A stretch of 64,000 bases of DNA from Octopus vulgaris (lineage: Eukaryota): positions 38,378,001 to 38,442,000 of the forward strand of contig OX597823.1 in NCBI GenBank assembly GCA_951406725.2, given 5' to 3'. The stretch's first letter is position 1. Every line of letters begins with the position of its first letter. A program made the position numbers and the translations under genes. Shown in pieces: positions 12,940-26,309 of this stretch. The notes beneath the pieces are model-generated. The model searched no databases and was not told the DNA's origin. It saw nothing but the letters and a program-made list of their open reading frames with translations.

Positions 12940-14555
12940 CACCATCATCATCATCATTATCATCATCATCATCATCTGCTTTCCATGCTGGCATAGGTTG
13001 GACAGTTTGACTGAAAACTGGTAAGTTGGAGTTTGGGGCCTGTACCAGGTTACAATCTGATTTGGCTAGATTTCTATAACTGGATGCCTTTCCAATGCCA
13101 ACCACTCTTAGAGTGTAGTGGGTGCTTTTTATGTGCCACTGGCATAGGTGCCATTGACCTGACACTGGCATCAGCCGCAACTATGGTCTCACTTGGCTGG
13201 ATAGGTTAACACAAGCGCAGTATATTGCCAATGGTCTTGGTCACCTGTCACTGCCTCCATGAGGTTTCACTTGGTCTTCACAAGCACAACATATTTCCCA
13301 ACAATTGAAGAGTGCTTTTAATGGGCCAGTTACATGACACTGGCATTGGCCACGACTATGATCTCACTTGGCTTGATGTCATTGCCTCCGTGAGGCCCAA
13401 TGCATGAACAGTACTTTTTACATGCCACTGGCATGGGTGCCAGTCAGACGGCACTGGCATCGGCCATGACTATAATTTCACTCAGTTCGACAGGTCTTCA
13501 CAAGCACAGCATATTGCCCAATGATTGAAGGGTGCTTTTAGTGGGCCAGTTATGCAACACTCCCATCAGCCACAACTACGATCTCACTTGGTTTGATGGG
13601 TCTTCTCAAACATGGCATATCTCCAAAGGTCTAAGTCTTGTCATTGCCTCTGTGAGGCCTAACATTCGAAGATCATGCTTCACCACCTCATCTGGTGTCT
13701 TCCTGGGTCTACCTCTTCCACAGGTTCCCTCCACCATTAGAGTGCAACACTTCTTCATACAGCTGTCCTCATCCATACGCATCACATGTCCATACAAGTG
13801 CAGTTGTCTCTCTTGTATACCATATTTGATGCTTCTTATGTCCAACTTCTATCTCAGGACACTTACACTCTGTTGTGCATGCATACTGACATTACACATC
13901 CAGTGGGGCATACTAGCTTCATTTCTTACAAGCTTACACATGTCCTCAGCAGTCACAGCCCATGTTTCACTGCTGATGGCATGGCTGTTTGCACACAAGC
14001 ATCATACAGTCTGTTTTTCACTCTTTTGTTACCAGCAGAGGTAGGAGCTCTCTGAACTTTGCCCAACCTATTCTTATTCTACCAGCTATGCTCTCAGAGC
14101 ATCCACCCCTGCTGCTGACTTGGTCACTTAGATAATAGCAGCTATCAACTACTAGTTTTTCCCTTGGCATGTAATGGAATCTATTTGTGCATTTTCAGTG
14201 TTTATTGTACCTGTGCACCTTCCATACAAAAAAAAAACTATTTTTCCTGTTAACCTTCCTCTGATATTGCTGCACCTCTTATGTGTCCATAGCTTACACC
14301 GGGTACATCTTATGGAGTTTCTACCTATACCTTTTCTACAGATCAAGCAGGGATTTGTGATTTGTCTGCTTTCCTACTTACTAAGACTTTGGTTTTTTGC
14401 TAGGTTAAATCTAAGGCCCTTCAATTCTAGATCTTGTTTCCACACCTGAAACTTCTTCTCTTGTTCTGGTAGTGATTCAGCTATAAGAGCAAGGTCATCA
14501 GCATAGAGGAGTTCCCAGGGGTAACCTGTCTTGAATTCCTCTGTTATTGCCTAGA
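12940..14555 (-). mobile_element. 5'-truncated, frameshifted RTE-clade LINE (RT C-half, PHD-like finger, repeated 3' region, (GAT)n tail)
   Basis: PWELLYADDL at 14491-14520; CRKGIGRNSIRCTRCKLWTHKRC; LYGHVMRMDEDSCMKKC...GRGRPRKT, which is an RTE C-terminal signature. Confidence 0.85.
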
Positions 14556-15214
14556 GGCAAGTATTTGTGCACTGATTATAGTATTTCTGTTGGTTGGTTT
14601 GGTTAGATACGTTATGGTAGCTAATTTGGTGCATCTAACTTTTGAGGTAAATTTCTAACAAGATAGAATGTGTAAGAAATACATCTGGAGCCAATGAAGG
14701 ACCAGTAGTTGTTATTTAGCTCCAGGTCAACACTTCACTATGAAAATTCCATCTTTTTAGATACATCTGTGACTACACTATCCATTATTATCCTTCCTTG
14801 TTTTAGACAGTGAACTTTGATTTGTTAGAGGTTTGACTGTTATTTCTTGTGACCATGTGCAAACAAACTACCAATAATATCCTTTAGTTACATCACTTGA
14901 TTTCAATCTTTCTCCTTAAGAATGTTAAAGAAAACAACACAAGTGAAATAATCAACATTGTTGTTTTTAGTATTCTTTTTTATCAAACAAAGGCCTGTTT
15001 ATTAACTTTTGTAAGAGAAAGGTAGTATAGACAGTTGAATCAGCCTGAAAAATAAAAATAACAATGTTGATGAATGATAATAGGTCAACTTTCTCTTGGG
15101 GTTGGTTTATACGCAATACATTATATCAAAGAGTGTGAGTAGGCTGATGATGGTTTAGTTGTTAGAATACCTTTAAACCAGTTGAGAGATTTGTAGTTGG
15201 TATCCTCTTATCTT

Positions 15215-15570
15215 CTACTGTTTATTTGTTTCAGTCATTTGACTGTAACCGTGCTGGAACACCATTTTGAAGGGTTTTAGTCAAACAAATCAACCCAAGG
15301 ACTTATTTTTTTAAGCCTAGTATTTATTCTATTGGTCTCTTTTGCTGAAGTGCTAAGTTTCAAGTGCATAAATACACCAACACCAATTGCTAAGCAGTGG
15401 TGACACACACACAGTGGGTTTCTTTCAGCTTTTGTCCACCAAATCCACTCACAAGGCTTTGATCGGTCCTAGGCTATAGTAAAAGACACTTGCCCAAGGT
15501 GCCATGCAATGGTACTGAATCTAGAATCAAGTGATTAGGAAGCACACTTGTTACTACACAGCCATGCCTA
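15215..15570 (-). mobile_element. tRNA-derived SINE, near full length and degenerate
   Basis: Head (reverse complement of acttgcccaaggtgcc...actgaatctagaatc...acagccatgcct) is shared with 22270, 23070 and 49450. The 3' end resembles the LINE 3' end at 31982-32020. Confidence 0.7.
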
Positions 15571-17462
15571 TGTTATTCATATTATATCAATAGTCAAGAT
15601 GATTTAGCTCCTAAAGACTATGTTTGCCTATCTTACTTTTGCTGTTGTTTTGCTCTCTGGTTACTCCTGATTCAGAAACCTATGAGCAAAAACATTTCAG
15701 CCTTGATCACGTGGTCTCTTTGTATATCAGGATCTAAATAAGTTCATCTTTTCTTTTTTTGATATATGGTAATGGTTTTTGAGAGACATTTGGTTGTTAC
15801 TTTTAATCTAGCAACAAATCATGTGGAGGCTTTCTTCTAAGCCTATATCATCAGTGGTGTTACAGTATTGTAATTGCCTTTTTTTTAAAACATGAAAATA
15901 TACTTTGAACAAAGTTTACTTGCTACTTTTTATTTTGACGCATTAAAATACTTGCCATCAGCTTGTGATTATTTGAAATTCAATTTAAATATGATTACAG
16001 AATGATTATGAAACATCTGGTCCAGCTTTTACTGCTTCTACCATTTTCACCAATCTTCCTACAAAACAATCCATTTTTTTTACTGTAATATGATTTTAAA
16101 ATATACTTATCTTGCGTTTAGCAAATGTTTATTTAAATACTTAGGGAATTATGTTAATATACATTTACTTGCTAATTTAATTTGTTTTATTTTCTAGTTA
16201 AATTGATTACTGTACTTATGAGATTTTTACTGTATTAATTTGAGCAGGTTTTGCTTTCTATTGTTCCTGAGATTTGTAGTTCTTTAGAAGTTTATCTGTA
16301 TTTTTATTTTCCCAGGGAGAGTATAATCCACTTCAGTTCCATGTGTTGCCCAGCTTGCTTAATAGATCTAAAGAAATTCACTTGTTTTTCTTATTTTTCT
16401 GTTAACTCCCCCCACTCCCACCACTACCACTGTCTGTGATAAATCCATAGAAGTGGTGATAAAGCAAGCACATGTAGGTCTGCTGCTGTAAATCCCTAGA
16501 TGGCCCAAACATAGAATGGACTAAGGGTGCATCACACTCCTACTTGAAATAAGTGTTTGAACAAAGTGAAGATGGAGCAGTAAGCACATTATTTGGTTTG
16601 GCCTGACTTTCTCTTGTAATGTTAAAACCAATATGCACATAATTTTTTATTGTATTCAAATATTCTCTTACTGGTCTCGATAGAAAAGTTTGCTAGTTTT
16701 CAGAAGATAAGGATTACAAACAATACAATATATTTCAATTATTTACAGTATATCTAATTTGTTGAGGTTTGATATCTTATAGTTTGTTTCATTCTAACAA
16801 TTCCCTTTCTAAAATGTTGTGTTATTTAAAATTTCCTTATTGACACTAGACTACTATTCTAAGCTTTATATATATCAATTTTTTTTTATGGAAATATCTT
16901 CTGTTCTTATCAGAATTTTTGAAAAGTTATAAAATTTGAATTAAGAATTTTATAAAAAATCTAACAAGCTTATTGATTTTATTGATCACCTAACAGAAAT
17001 GCTTGCCAGCAAGATAATTTGATTTGAATTTGCATAACACTCTTAAATAACAAATCCTTGTCCTGGAAATTCTCTCACTGGTAATTTATAAAGAAACTCT
17101 TCTTTCCAATGTTGTAGAAATATATAACCAGTTTTGAATTGTGATGAGTTGGTGTAACATGTCAAAAGAAAACTTCTCAACATCAACATGAGATATTTAG
17201 ATAAGTGTAGGAGATAAAACAACAGCAAAAAAGGACTACTAGTACTTTAGTCATTGACATTTCTGCTTTAAAAAGTAGTCATGGTGTAGATTTCAATAAC
17301 TGATTTTTCTGATAACTCTTATGAGGAAATACAATATGTTGATATTCTTTTCTTTAATATTTGTTAGCCTGCATAGGAGGAGCAGTACTTATGAACTGCA
17401 CAGTTCTTAACAGATTAGCAAAGCAAATTTTTAATAGCAACAGGAGGGAGAGAGAGAGAGAA

Positions 17463-17516
17463 ATGACACTGTTCAGTGGAAATTTGGTACTGGAGGAGAA
17501 CAGGCAAGTCTATCAG
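17463..17516 (+). CDS. Candidate alternative first coding exon (MTLFSGNLVLEENRQVYQ)
   Basis: ATG followed by an open frame to cag|gtagtg, phase 0. The donor is only moderate. Confidence 0.25.
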
Positions 17517-18334
17517 GTAGTGTGTCTTACTTTTGGAATGTCTGTGTGAGGGGTGGTGGCTGTGTGATGTGTACTTTTAACAATGTATTAGTTGCCTGAA
17601 CTTGTTTAGAAGTCTTTTATAACTCTAAAGACATTTACAACACTTCATTGTGATAGAGAAAAGTTTGTTATGAAAATAATATGGGGTAACTTATGAGCTG
17701 AGAAAAGGGGAGAGAGAGAGAGGGTGGGGAGAGAAAGAGAGAGAGAGGGGGAGAGAAAGAGAGAGAGAGGTTGGGGAGAGAAAGAGAGAGATAAAATTTG
17801 TAGCAATTATAGTTGTTTGGATAATATTTTGAGAGCTGCAAGCTGAAGATTTATTTCCTGAGATATCATCCCCCCTCCTCACCCCCTCCACCACCATCGT
17901 TTGCAGAGAGTAAATAGAGCATATTGTATGTCTGCCCAATGGGGATGTACAGGTATGGAGAAGATGTTAAAGTTATGTGTGGAAACTGATGGAGATATGT
18001 TGAAGAATACCAATGAAATAGGATTAAGAGTAGCTTAAAGTGTCAGCAAGTAGACCATTGGAGAATTTTGGTGCTGTACTTCAGTCTATGAATTCCATCA
18101 ATACAAACTGCAAAAGCTTCTAATTGGTTCTGCTTTTTATACTTGACACGGTCAATGGTTTTCCTAGTGTCACAGATAGCATTGATTTCCCTAAAGTTTA
18201 CAAGTATCAGCGTTCTTTCCTACCTTTGTATTTACAAAATTCTGATTTTACTGACCTTGTACTGGTAGGTTTCTGAAGAGAGACAGAGATTCAAGATAGT
18301 GTGGAGGAGGTGATAATTTTGAATGATTGTTTCT

Positions 18335-18495
18335 ACCATCATCATTTAGCATATATGTTCTATGCTAGCATAGGTTGGATGCTTTGACAGGATCTGATGG
18401 GCCCATTGAACTCCACTGTCTGCTTTGACATGGTTTCCATAGTTTAATGCCCTTCCTAATGCCAACCACTTTACGGCATGTACTGGATATTTTTT
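18335..18495 (-). mobile_element. RTE 3' tail fragment
   Basis: catcatcatttagc...ataggttggatg...gcccttcctaatgccaaccactttac. Confidence 0.7.
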
Positions 18496-18705
18496 GCATG
18501 TCACCAGCTGTAATAAAGTCACTAAACAGCTTGCAAGACTACTAGTGGTGGGTCGTTTTATGGTAGGAATAAGGAGTAAAAGTATGCGAGAAGACGCCTA
18601 ATTTTCTAATTTCTTTATTTCTTACCACATTACCAAAAGTATTAAATTAAATTTTATTGGTGTACATTTTCAAATTGAATTATATTCGATGTCATTATAT
18701 TTTAT

Positions 18706-19140
18706 AAAGGCAGTGAACTGATAGAATTGTTAGCACATTGAGCAAAATACTTAGTGGAATTTCATCTGCCTTTATGTTCTGAGTTCAAATTTTGCTACGG
18801 TCGACTTACAGGGCTGATAAAGTAAGTACCAGTCAAGTACTGGAGTTGATATAATCGAATTACTCCACTTCCCCGAAATTATTGGTCTTGTGCCAAAATT
18901 TGAAACCAATATTCTGATTAAGATGGTGAGCTAGCAGAATCATTAGCACGCTGGGAAAAATGTTTAGCAACATTTTGTCTGTCTTTACATTCTGAATTCA
19001 AATTCTGCAGAGTTCTATTTTATCTTCCATCCTTTCGGGATTGATAAAATAAGTACCAGTTGAACACTGTGATCAATGTAATCATCTTACCCCCTGCCCC
19101 AAAATTGCTGGCCTTGTCTCAAAATTTGAAATCAATATTC
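18706..19140 (+). mobile_element. Two head-to-tail SINE copies (~210 bp each)
   Basis: Both read gg..gtga.ct...agaat..ttagcac...ttctgagttcaaat (B-box like)...gataaa.taagtaccagt...ggycttgt..caaaatttgaaaycaatattctg. Confidence 0.8.
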
Positions 19141-19272
19141 TGCTTCTATGTTCTGAGTTTGTGACATTGATGTGTCCTAAATTTGTGACTTTGATGTGTC
19201 TGTATTAGAAATGATTATCTATATTTTATGATATTTATATATCATATATTTTATACGTCTATTATTTTATTT

Positions 19273-19470
19273 AAGGCAGTTGGACTGGCAGTGGTATTTA
19301 GTTAATGCCTTATGATATTTAGTTTAAAACCCTTTACATTCTGAGTTTAAATCCTGCTGAAGTTGATGTTACCTTTCATCCTCCCAGTTAAATAATGATG
19401 TTGAGATAATCAATTCTTCCTTGCCTCCCACCACCTACATTTCTGGCTGTGTGCTTGTGTAACAAATTAT
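19273..19470 (+). mobile_element. Degenerate third copy of the same SINE
   Basis: ctttacattctgagtttaaatcc...cctttcatcc. Confidence 0.55.
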
Positions 19471-19777
19471 ATTCTATGATATTTTTAATTCTGGGTTTTT
19501 AATCCCTCACATCCACATCTTAGATATTGATTTATTCTAGCAGATTAGAATCATTTTCCTTCACAAGTGAATTTTTTGCTATAAAAAAATCTGTGCTTTA
19601 TTGAACAGAGAACAACTTTAGTTGAATTTCATGTTGTGTTAATATAACAAAGAGTAGAGTATTACTTTCTTTTTTTACATATGTGGAAGAATGGTACAGC
19701 TGAGTAATTTGTATGGGTTTATTAGCTTTGCATTGATGTGGATTGTTGAATAAGCTTTATGAAGATATTTGTTTCGA

Positions 19778-19930
19778 ATCATCATTTAGCACCTGCATGG
19801 GTTGGATAGTTTGACCAGATCTGACAAGCCAGAGGACTGTGCTGAGCTCTTATGTCTGCTTTGGCTTGATTTCTATGGTTGGATGCCCTTCTTAATGCCA
19901 ACCACTGCACAGTGTACTGGGTGCTTTTTG
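19778..19930 (-). mobile_element. RTE 3' tail fragment
   Basis: atcatcatttagc...gcatgggttggatagtttgac...ggatgcccttcttaatgccaaccac. Confidence 0.7.
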
Positions 19931-20546
19931 TAGTCACGAAGTAACTTGTAATATAAGACCTCCTCAACTGAGTGTGGATGTAGTATTGCGATAGATAATT
20001 TTATGTCAAGTGTTGAGGGGTTAAAGTATGATTGGGAAACAGGAACAGGTGTCTAGCTGAAGAGAAGATAAATGACTTCCCCAACATGAAAGAAAAGAGG
20101 TGGTGAGGGCAGACTCCCGTGTACAAATTGAATATAAGAGAGAAAATAGAGAAAGAGGATTAGAAAGGGTGGGTGGATATGTATGTTTGTGATAGAGTGA
20201 CAGATGGTTAGCGATGGGGATTAGAGGTGGGTACAGTGAATGGGGCAGTTTATTCTTTTAAAAGAATACAAGGACAGAATAAGAGTCTGCTGTAGCTTTA
20301 CAGAAGAAAGGTAATACATTTTGTTTAAAGGGGAGCCCATCAGAGTGGTTTTAAAAAAAAAAAAAAAATACAGCTAAAATAATGTCAGTAAAAGATTTTT
20401 TTTCTTTTTGATACACATTTTAAATACGGGTCATATAAATGAAACATCTTTCAAGGTGATTCAATTGACTGCTTATAAAGTAATACAAATTTGAATGTTT
20501 TCCAATTAAATGAAAGTTTAGCTTATTAAGCTTAATGTGTGAGGGT

Positions 20547-20561
20547 TATTCTATTATATTA

Positions 20562-20604
<43 letters not shown>

Positions 20605-20640
20605 CATCATTATTATTATTATTATTATTATTATCATCAT
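20547..20640. repeat. (ATT)n/(ATC)n microsatellite
   Basis: Seen directly in the sequence. Confidence 0.95.
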
Positions 20641-21534
20641 ACAGAAGATCTGAAGTTATTTTTACTATCTAGGCAAAGATATTATTTACTAGAAAAACTA
20701 GAATTGTCTGGTAAGGAAAGTAAATGAGTGGAAATAGTAGAGTATTGTTTATACCAATAGCTACTGCTTTATCAGTGCTGAACATTGCCAAGATCGCTTT
20801 CATTTTAAAGTCATCAAATGTTATGATTGGCATTGGAACAAATTTTGGAGATAAGAGAGAGAGAGAGTGACTAATACACTGGACATGGAGTTTGTTGGTT
20901 CAAATAAGTGGATACAGAAAAAGTGTTAGTTTTAGAAAGATAATAGTTTGCCATACCAGTAACGGTTTGTCAACATTAATAGTTGAGAAAAATTTGAGCT
21001 TAAATGAATATGTAGCCAAAGGAAGAGAAAGAGAGAGAAAGAGTGGCAGGAGGGGCAGATAAATATGTTTTAAATATGGCTATGTTTTCTTTTCTATTAT
21101 TTTGGACAATGTTTTGGTTGTATTTCTTGAGAAAAAAATTGCACATATATAATGTGAATTGATTGATCTAGTTCTCAGAAAGCAATTCTATTTCGATGGA
21201 AACACAGAACTAAGTGAAACTATTAATGGAATTTAGGGGAAATATTCATATCTCCATTATAATATAGAACAGTCTTTGTTTTGTTTTTGTGGGTGCAGCA
21301 GATTTTGTTTTGTTTTGATTGTCAGCATTTTTATTAATAGAGCTTCGAAAAAAAATTTTATATTTGGTTTTCTTCCCATTCTTTTTCTATCTTCCTTTGT
21401 CCATTTGTTTCTTTTTTTTTCTGCTTCTTTATCTTTATACCTCACTCTTCATCAAAACTGACCATTCAAGACAGTTGCCATTTCTGTGCTAACTATTCAG
21501 GATCATATATATGTGTGTGTGTGGAATTCCATTG

Positions 21535-21840
21535 GTTACAATAATGATAGTACCAGTTTATCTGAGCAACGGAACAGCTTGCTCATGAAATTAACATGTA
21601 AGTGGATGAGTGCTCCACAGACATGCATTTCCTTAATGTAGTACTCAGAGAGATTCAGTATGACACAATGTGCAAAGGCTGGTCCCTTTGAATTACAGGT
21701 GCAACTCATTTTTGCTAGCTGGGTAGACTGGAGCGACATGAAATAAAGTGTCTTGCTTAAGGACAGATGCACTGCCAGAAATCAAACTCGCACCCTTGCA
21801 ATCTCCAGCCCAATACCCTAACCACTAAACCAGCTGTCCT
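21535..21840 (-). mobile_element. tRNA-derived SINE sharing its 3' half with 53325-53712
   Basis: ggaacagcttgctcatgaaattaac...ccctttgaattacag is shared. A decayed tRNA-like head lies at 21770-21840. Confidence 0.8.
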
Positions 21841-22269
21841 CCTTGATTACCACATTAACTCTTTCATGACTAAATTTCTGTGATTTTTGGTTGAATTCTT
21901 GATTATATTTTAGATTAATACAAAATAATGAAGAATTTGGTTGTCATTAGTGAAATAGCTAATTTTCAGATTTATTTCTATCTTAAGCTAGTTTTGGAAC
22001 AATTTCATAAAAACTTTTTGCATAGAATTGTCAAGGTAGATTATGATTTAAGTATGAATTCTTTAAAACAATTGGTTTATAAGGCCAGTTAATATCAAAA
22101 AGTTTAAACACTTTGAGCAAGCTCCTCTTCTCTAGAGGTGTACCTCCTGGAAGTTCTTTTGCACCCATATTGTCCATCCCACATATAAACTTCAATAATT
22201 CAAATAAAAAAATGAATTACTCTAATCACTGTCTACATAAATAAATTATATGTGTGTGTGTGTGTGTGT

Positions 22270-22395
22270 TTCTGTCTATCAAACCCATTCATACGATCTC
22301 AGTTGGGCAAGTCTCTCCTGAGACTTGCCCAAGGTATCACATTGTGGGACTGAATCCAAGACCACATGGTTGGGAAGCAAACATAGACATGCCTG
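22270..22395 (-). mobile_element. SINE 5' fragment
   Basis: acttgcccaagg...gtgggactgaatcc...accacatggttgggaagcaa. Confidence 0.65.
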
Positions 22396-23069
22396 TGTAA
22401 ATAATTGATTGCTTTAATCAGTTTTGATCATTATTGCTAAGTGGACTAGAAACATTCATGATACTGTTACTTAAGATAGTATTTTACTAGGTTTAAATTT
22501 CTTCTACTATCTAGTTTATTGGTTCCATTTCAATTTAATCACTTTGCTAAATGGAAGTGTAATCCTATTTGTACTAATTGCATTAGAGAATAGTGCAATT
22601 CCTAGAGATAGTCAAAAGAAACCTCCTAAACCAAATTAAAGATGATTTTTGAAAGAAAATAAATTTAGAATACGTAAAGTGTACTAGCCATCTGAATGTG
22701 GCTAGCCACTGGGGGTGGGGTGTTACTGACGCTTTTAGCCCCAGGAGATCGACGTCTCCAGCTGGCCTTAGACACAATTTCAGAGAATAACTATCGGTCT
22801 AATAGTAAATGACTATTAAAATCTTACATTTATTTAAATGCTTCCTTTAGTGTCATTGGTTATAATGTTCTGATGAGTCAGTTATGAATTCACTATATAT
22901 CCCATGGTTAGAGTGGCATAGGAGTGTTTTTTCAACTCAGGAACAATAAATACTGCAAGGTAATTTTGTTTGACATGTTGCAGATTGGCAGTTTTTGCAC
23001 TGATGTGTGTATTCCCTGTTCCTACACACAATGGGCTTCTGCAAATTTCACTTACAAACCATTAATCAG

Positions 23070-23240
23070 CCCAAAGTCATGGGCTTAAGTTTACTGCACC
23101 GTAATGATGCTTGCTTCCCAACCACATGGTTCCAGGTTCAGTCCCACTGGGTGGTATCTTGGGTAAGTGCTTTCCATTATAGCCTCAGGCTGACCAAAGC
23201 CTTGTGAGTAGATTTGTTAGACAGAAATTGTAAGAAGCCT

Positions 23241-23241
<1 letters not shown>
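23070..23241 (+). mobile_element. SINE 5' part, ending at the (TA)n tract
   Basis: gcttgcttcccaaccacatggttccaggttcagtcccactg...gaccaaagccttgtgagt. Confidence 0.7.
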
Positions 23242-23277
<36 letters not shown>

Positions 23278-23280
<3 letters not shown>

Positions 23281-23490
23281 GTTAATCCAAACAAGAAAAC
23301 AAAAAAAACACAACAACGCAAGGACGTGGAACAAATAAAGTATTATTGGACGCTCAGGAAAGAAGGGAAGAAGGAGGGTTTAACGTTTCGAGCGGAGCTC
23401 TTCATCGGAAACATAGGAGAAGGAAAGATCCCGAGAAGGGAAGACAGAGGAAAAAAAATCGCCGGTGGTACTCATGAGGTCACATACTGA

Positions 23491-23491
<1 letters not shown>
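23278..23491 (-). mobile_element. ~214-bp non-coding element in (TA)n carrying a hammerhead motif (Penelope-like terminal fragment or retrozyme)
   Basis: Sharp boundaries with (TA)n on both sides, and an internal hammerhead motif. Confidence 0.7.
23378..23412 (-). ncRNA. Minimal type I hammerhead ribozyme, variant core
   Basis: Minus strand reads gttt-CCGATGA-a-gagc-tcc-gctc-GAAA-cg-TT-aaac. Stem I is gttt/aaac, stem II is gagc/gctc, and stem III is the palindrome AACGTT. It has a U4C change, an extra A and a GUU site. Confidence 0.6.
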
Positions 23492-23523
<32 letters not shown>

Positions 23524-25534
23524 AAAGGTGTCAATACATTATTTCTAAAGCCTACATTTTCTCACTGCTACTTAGTAAAATGTCAGATCTTACAGTATGT
23601 TGTTTATTTTTGGCCATCAGTTTAATATATTGCCTAACAAAATCTCTAAGTATTGATTAATAGCATAACTTGATAATCCTCTTAGCTTTCACTGTCCAAT
23701 GACATTTTCTAGTACTATAGTGGGATTTACATAATCACTAGAAGTATTGTTCTTAGAAACTTTAGTCATTGATGAACATAGCTACACTGGTTTGATTATT
23801 TAATCTGTTACAATTGAGAACAAATCATTCTATTTGGACTTTCTGTATATACTTAAAGGTAAGAACAGATTGCTTCAACTACAGAGTTGGTTTTCCAGTT
23901 CAATTTGTTGTTTTTAAAAATATAGCTTTAAAATAATACAAACTAATGATGCATTTTTGTAAAAAATATTATTTCTTTTCGATAAAGTGTTTATTTAAAA
24001 AACAAAACAATTGAAATTGACTATTTCACATTTATGTCATCTCGCTTTATGTAAACACTGCTGTTGCTGCTCACACAATTCTGCACTTTAAGCACATTCG
24101 AGAATTCCTTTGTTTAAATTATTAAATGTTTAGTTCTTTATTACTAACAATAAGGAGGAGAAATAGAAGAGATAATTTGCTGCTATTATAGAAAATTGCT
24201 ACTTGTAAAGTGCAACACAACTCAAACAATTCTATTGCTCTTGTGCTCATATTATATCTAATGGCTATTTTGAATAAGAAAGCTGATTATTATTATTTAC
24301 ATAATTTAAAAATTAAATTAAGATTATTTATCTGATTAAAATATTCTCCTTAACCAGGGCAGTAATTTCATAAACAACTTTTCAGCATAACACAATTTTT
24401 TAAAAATTAGTTTAGAATATGATGTCATTAGTTTAACTATATATTTTGTGAGGAAACTGTTACCAATAGTTGAGAAATTTTAATATATAATAAAGTATTT
24501 ACATAATAGACCATTTCTGTCACAGTCTGTTCAAAATATTTACCTTGAGCAGAAAACACCTTTGCTAGTTTTACTCCTCTCAAATTCAAAATTTTGTAGA
24601 AAGTTATCTTATTTAATGTTTTCTGTTTTATACTTGTTAATACCATTTGATATTAATATGCTATGTATTTAATAATCGTTGATATTATAGTTCTTAACAT
24701 TTCTGCTTTACTTTTTCATTCTCAGTATTCTTTTTATGAATTTACTTAGTATTATTTTCAATGATTCTTCTATGTTTAAATTAAGATTTCAAAATTAACT
24801 TTCTTAATCAGTTTAGTATTGTTAATATTTTGATTTTCAATTTAATCAAATCACTGCTGTTTTGATATATTGATTGAAAGGAATTTATTTTTAATCTTTA
24901 GATTCATCAGGAAATTTTACTAGTTTCACACTAAAATTTAATGGTGAAATTTAGTCATATTTAAATACTTCAATTCTATTTTGGTTCTGTTTTATTTAAC
25001 TTCTTAGAATTCTACTTTAAAATGAATGAAACGACTTATTTACTTCAAAAATTGTTTATTCTAACAATTTATAGCCTTCTAAAAATACATCATCTTACAG
25101 AAGCAATATTTGTGAGAGTTTTTGTAGTTTTTTTTTAAAATGTTCCCATCTGTTTAATTATCAGATGTATCTATAACAGAATTGACAACCCTTCAAAATT
25201 ACAAGACAGAAATTATAGATCCTTACATATAATAGAAAAAACATTTTAAAATTCTATTTTTTAATCAATTATGTGAAATTTAATTGGATTAATGAATCAA
25301 CAATAAATTTCTATTTGAAGATATCTTTTGAAAGGTGAGATAGAAGAATGTTTAAAAATGGGTTCATTACTTTTTAAGATAAAAGTTTAAATTCAATAAG
25401 ATTCTGTAGTTGTACATTGTATAGATTTTACTGTTCAGTTATTGTACTGTTAAATATGAAGCTATCAATCTTTTTTTGTTATCTACATTATGTAGATTTG
25501 TGACGTGAACTGTTGAGATGCTCAGCTCAGTATC

Positions 25535-25621
25535 ATGGACTTTTTGGAGTACAGCAGTCCTCTGACCTTGGAGTCTTTAACAGGGAATACTGCAGTCTTT
25601 CTGTCATCAGTATTCCAGGCT
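25535..25621 (+). CDS. Candidate alternative first coding exon (MDFLEYSSPLTLESLTGNTAVFLSSVFQA)
   Basis: ATG in good context (atcATGG), 87-nt open frame, donor gct|gtatgt, phase 0. GC is elevated relative to the flanks, and a possible acceptor tgtag| lies at 25495. Confidence 0.5.
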
Positions 25622-26309
25622 GTATGTATTATATGCACACTAGCAATAGATTATATCTGTATTAAATATGATATGTAGGCACAGAAAATGAGAGAGCAGT
25701 ATAGAAAAAAAAGATTTTATCTTCTTTCCTGTTGTCCTTTTCAACTATCAACTTCATTATCTATCTAAACCTTGTTTCCAATTTGTTTTTGTAAGTCATC
25801 AATCTCGAACTGAAAAGTGAAATTGCTTAAAGACTAGTACAGATAACTTTTCACTTGTATGTAGAACAGTTTCTACTACCTAAATTAAAAATCCAATGCT
25901 AATCCCATTAAACTGATTTAGTATGCTGATTGAAAGTGCTTAAAAAAACTAGGGCAACATGTCTAGTGTCAAAGGAACTGTAAATATGATAACTGGATTA
26001 CATCGAAATTTAATATTATTAGATTTGTCCTCATTGAATCCACTTTATATATACCAATATCTTTATTTTAGTCTTCTAAAATTTAATCTAGTAGTTCTGT
26101 GAAATCACGCCTAGTTACCTTTATCTTCAGTGTTTACTGTTAATTTATTAAAATGCATATAAATGTTAGAGTTTTTCATAGATTCCCATGGGTGTCTCTC
26201 TTTAATCTTTCAAAACTAATCAATATAAAATTGAACACACATTTGTGTTGTGCTATGGATAGCTTGGTTTTTAATATTAATTTTTAGTGTTTTAATGCAA
26301 AATAAATTA

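Noticed and set aside
22868-22900. CTGATGA hammerhead core (also at 5043, 15145 and 55342)
   Set aside because: No registered stem II, GAAA and stem I could be found.
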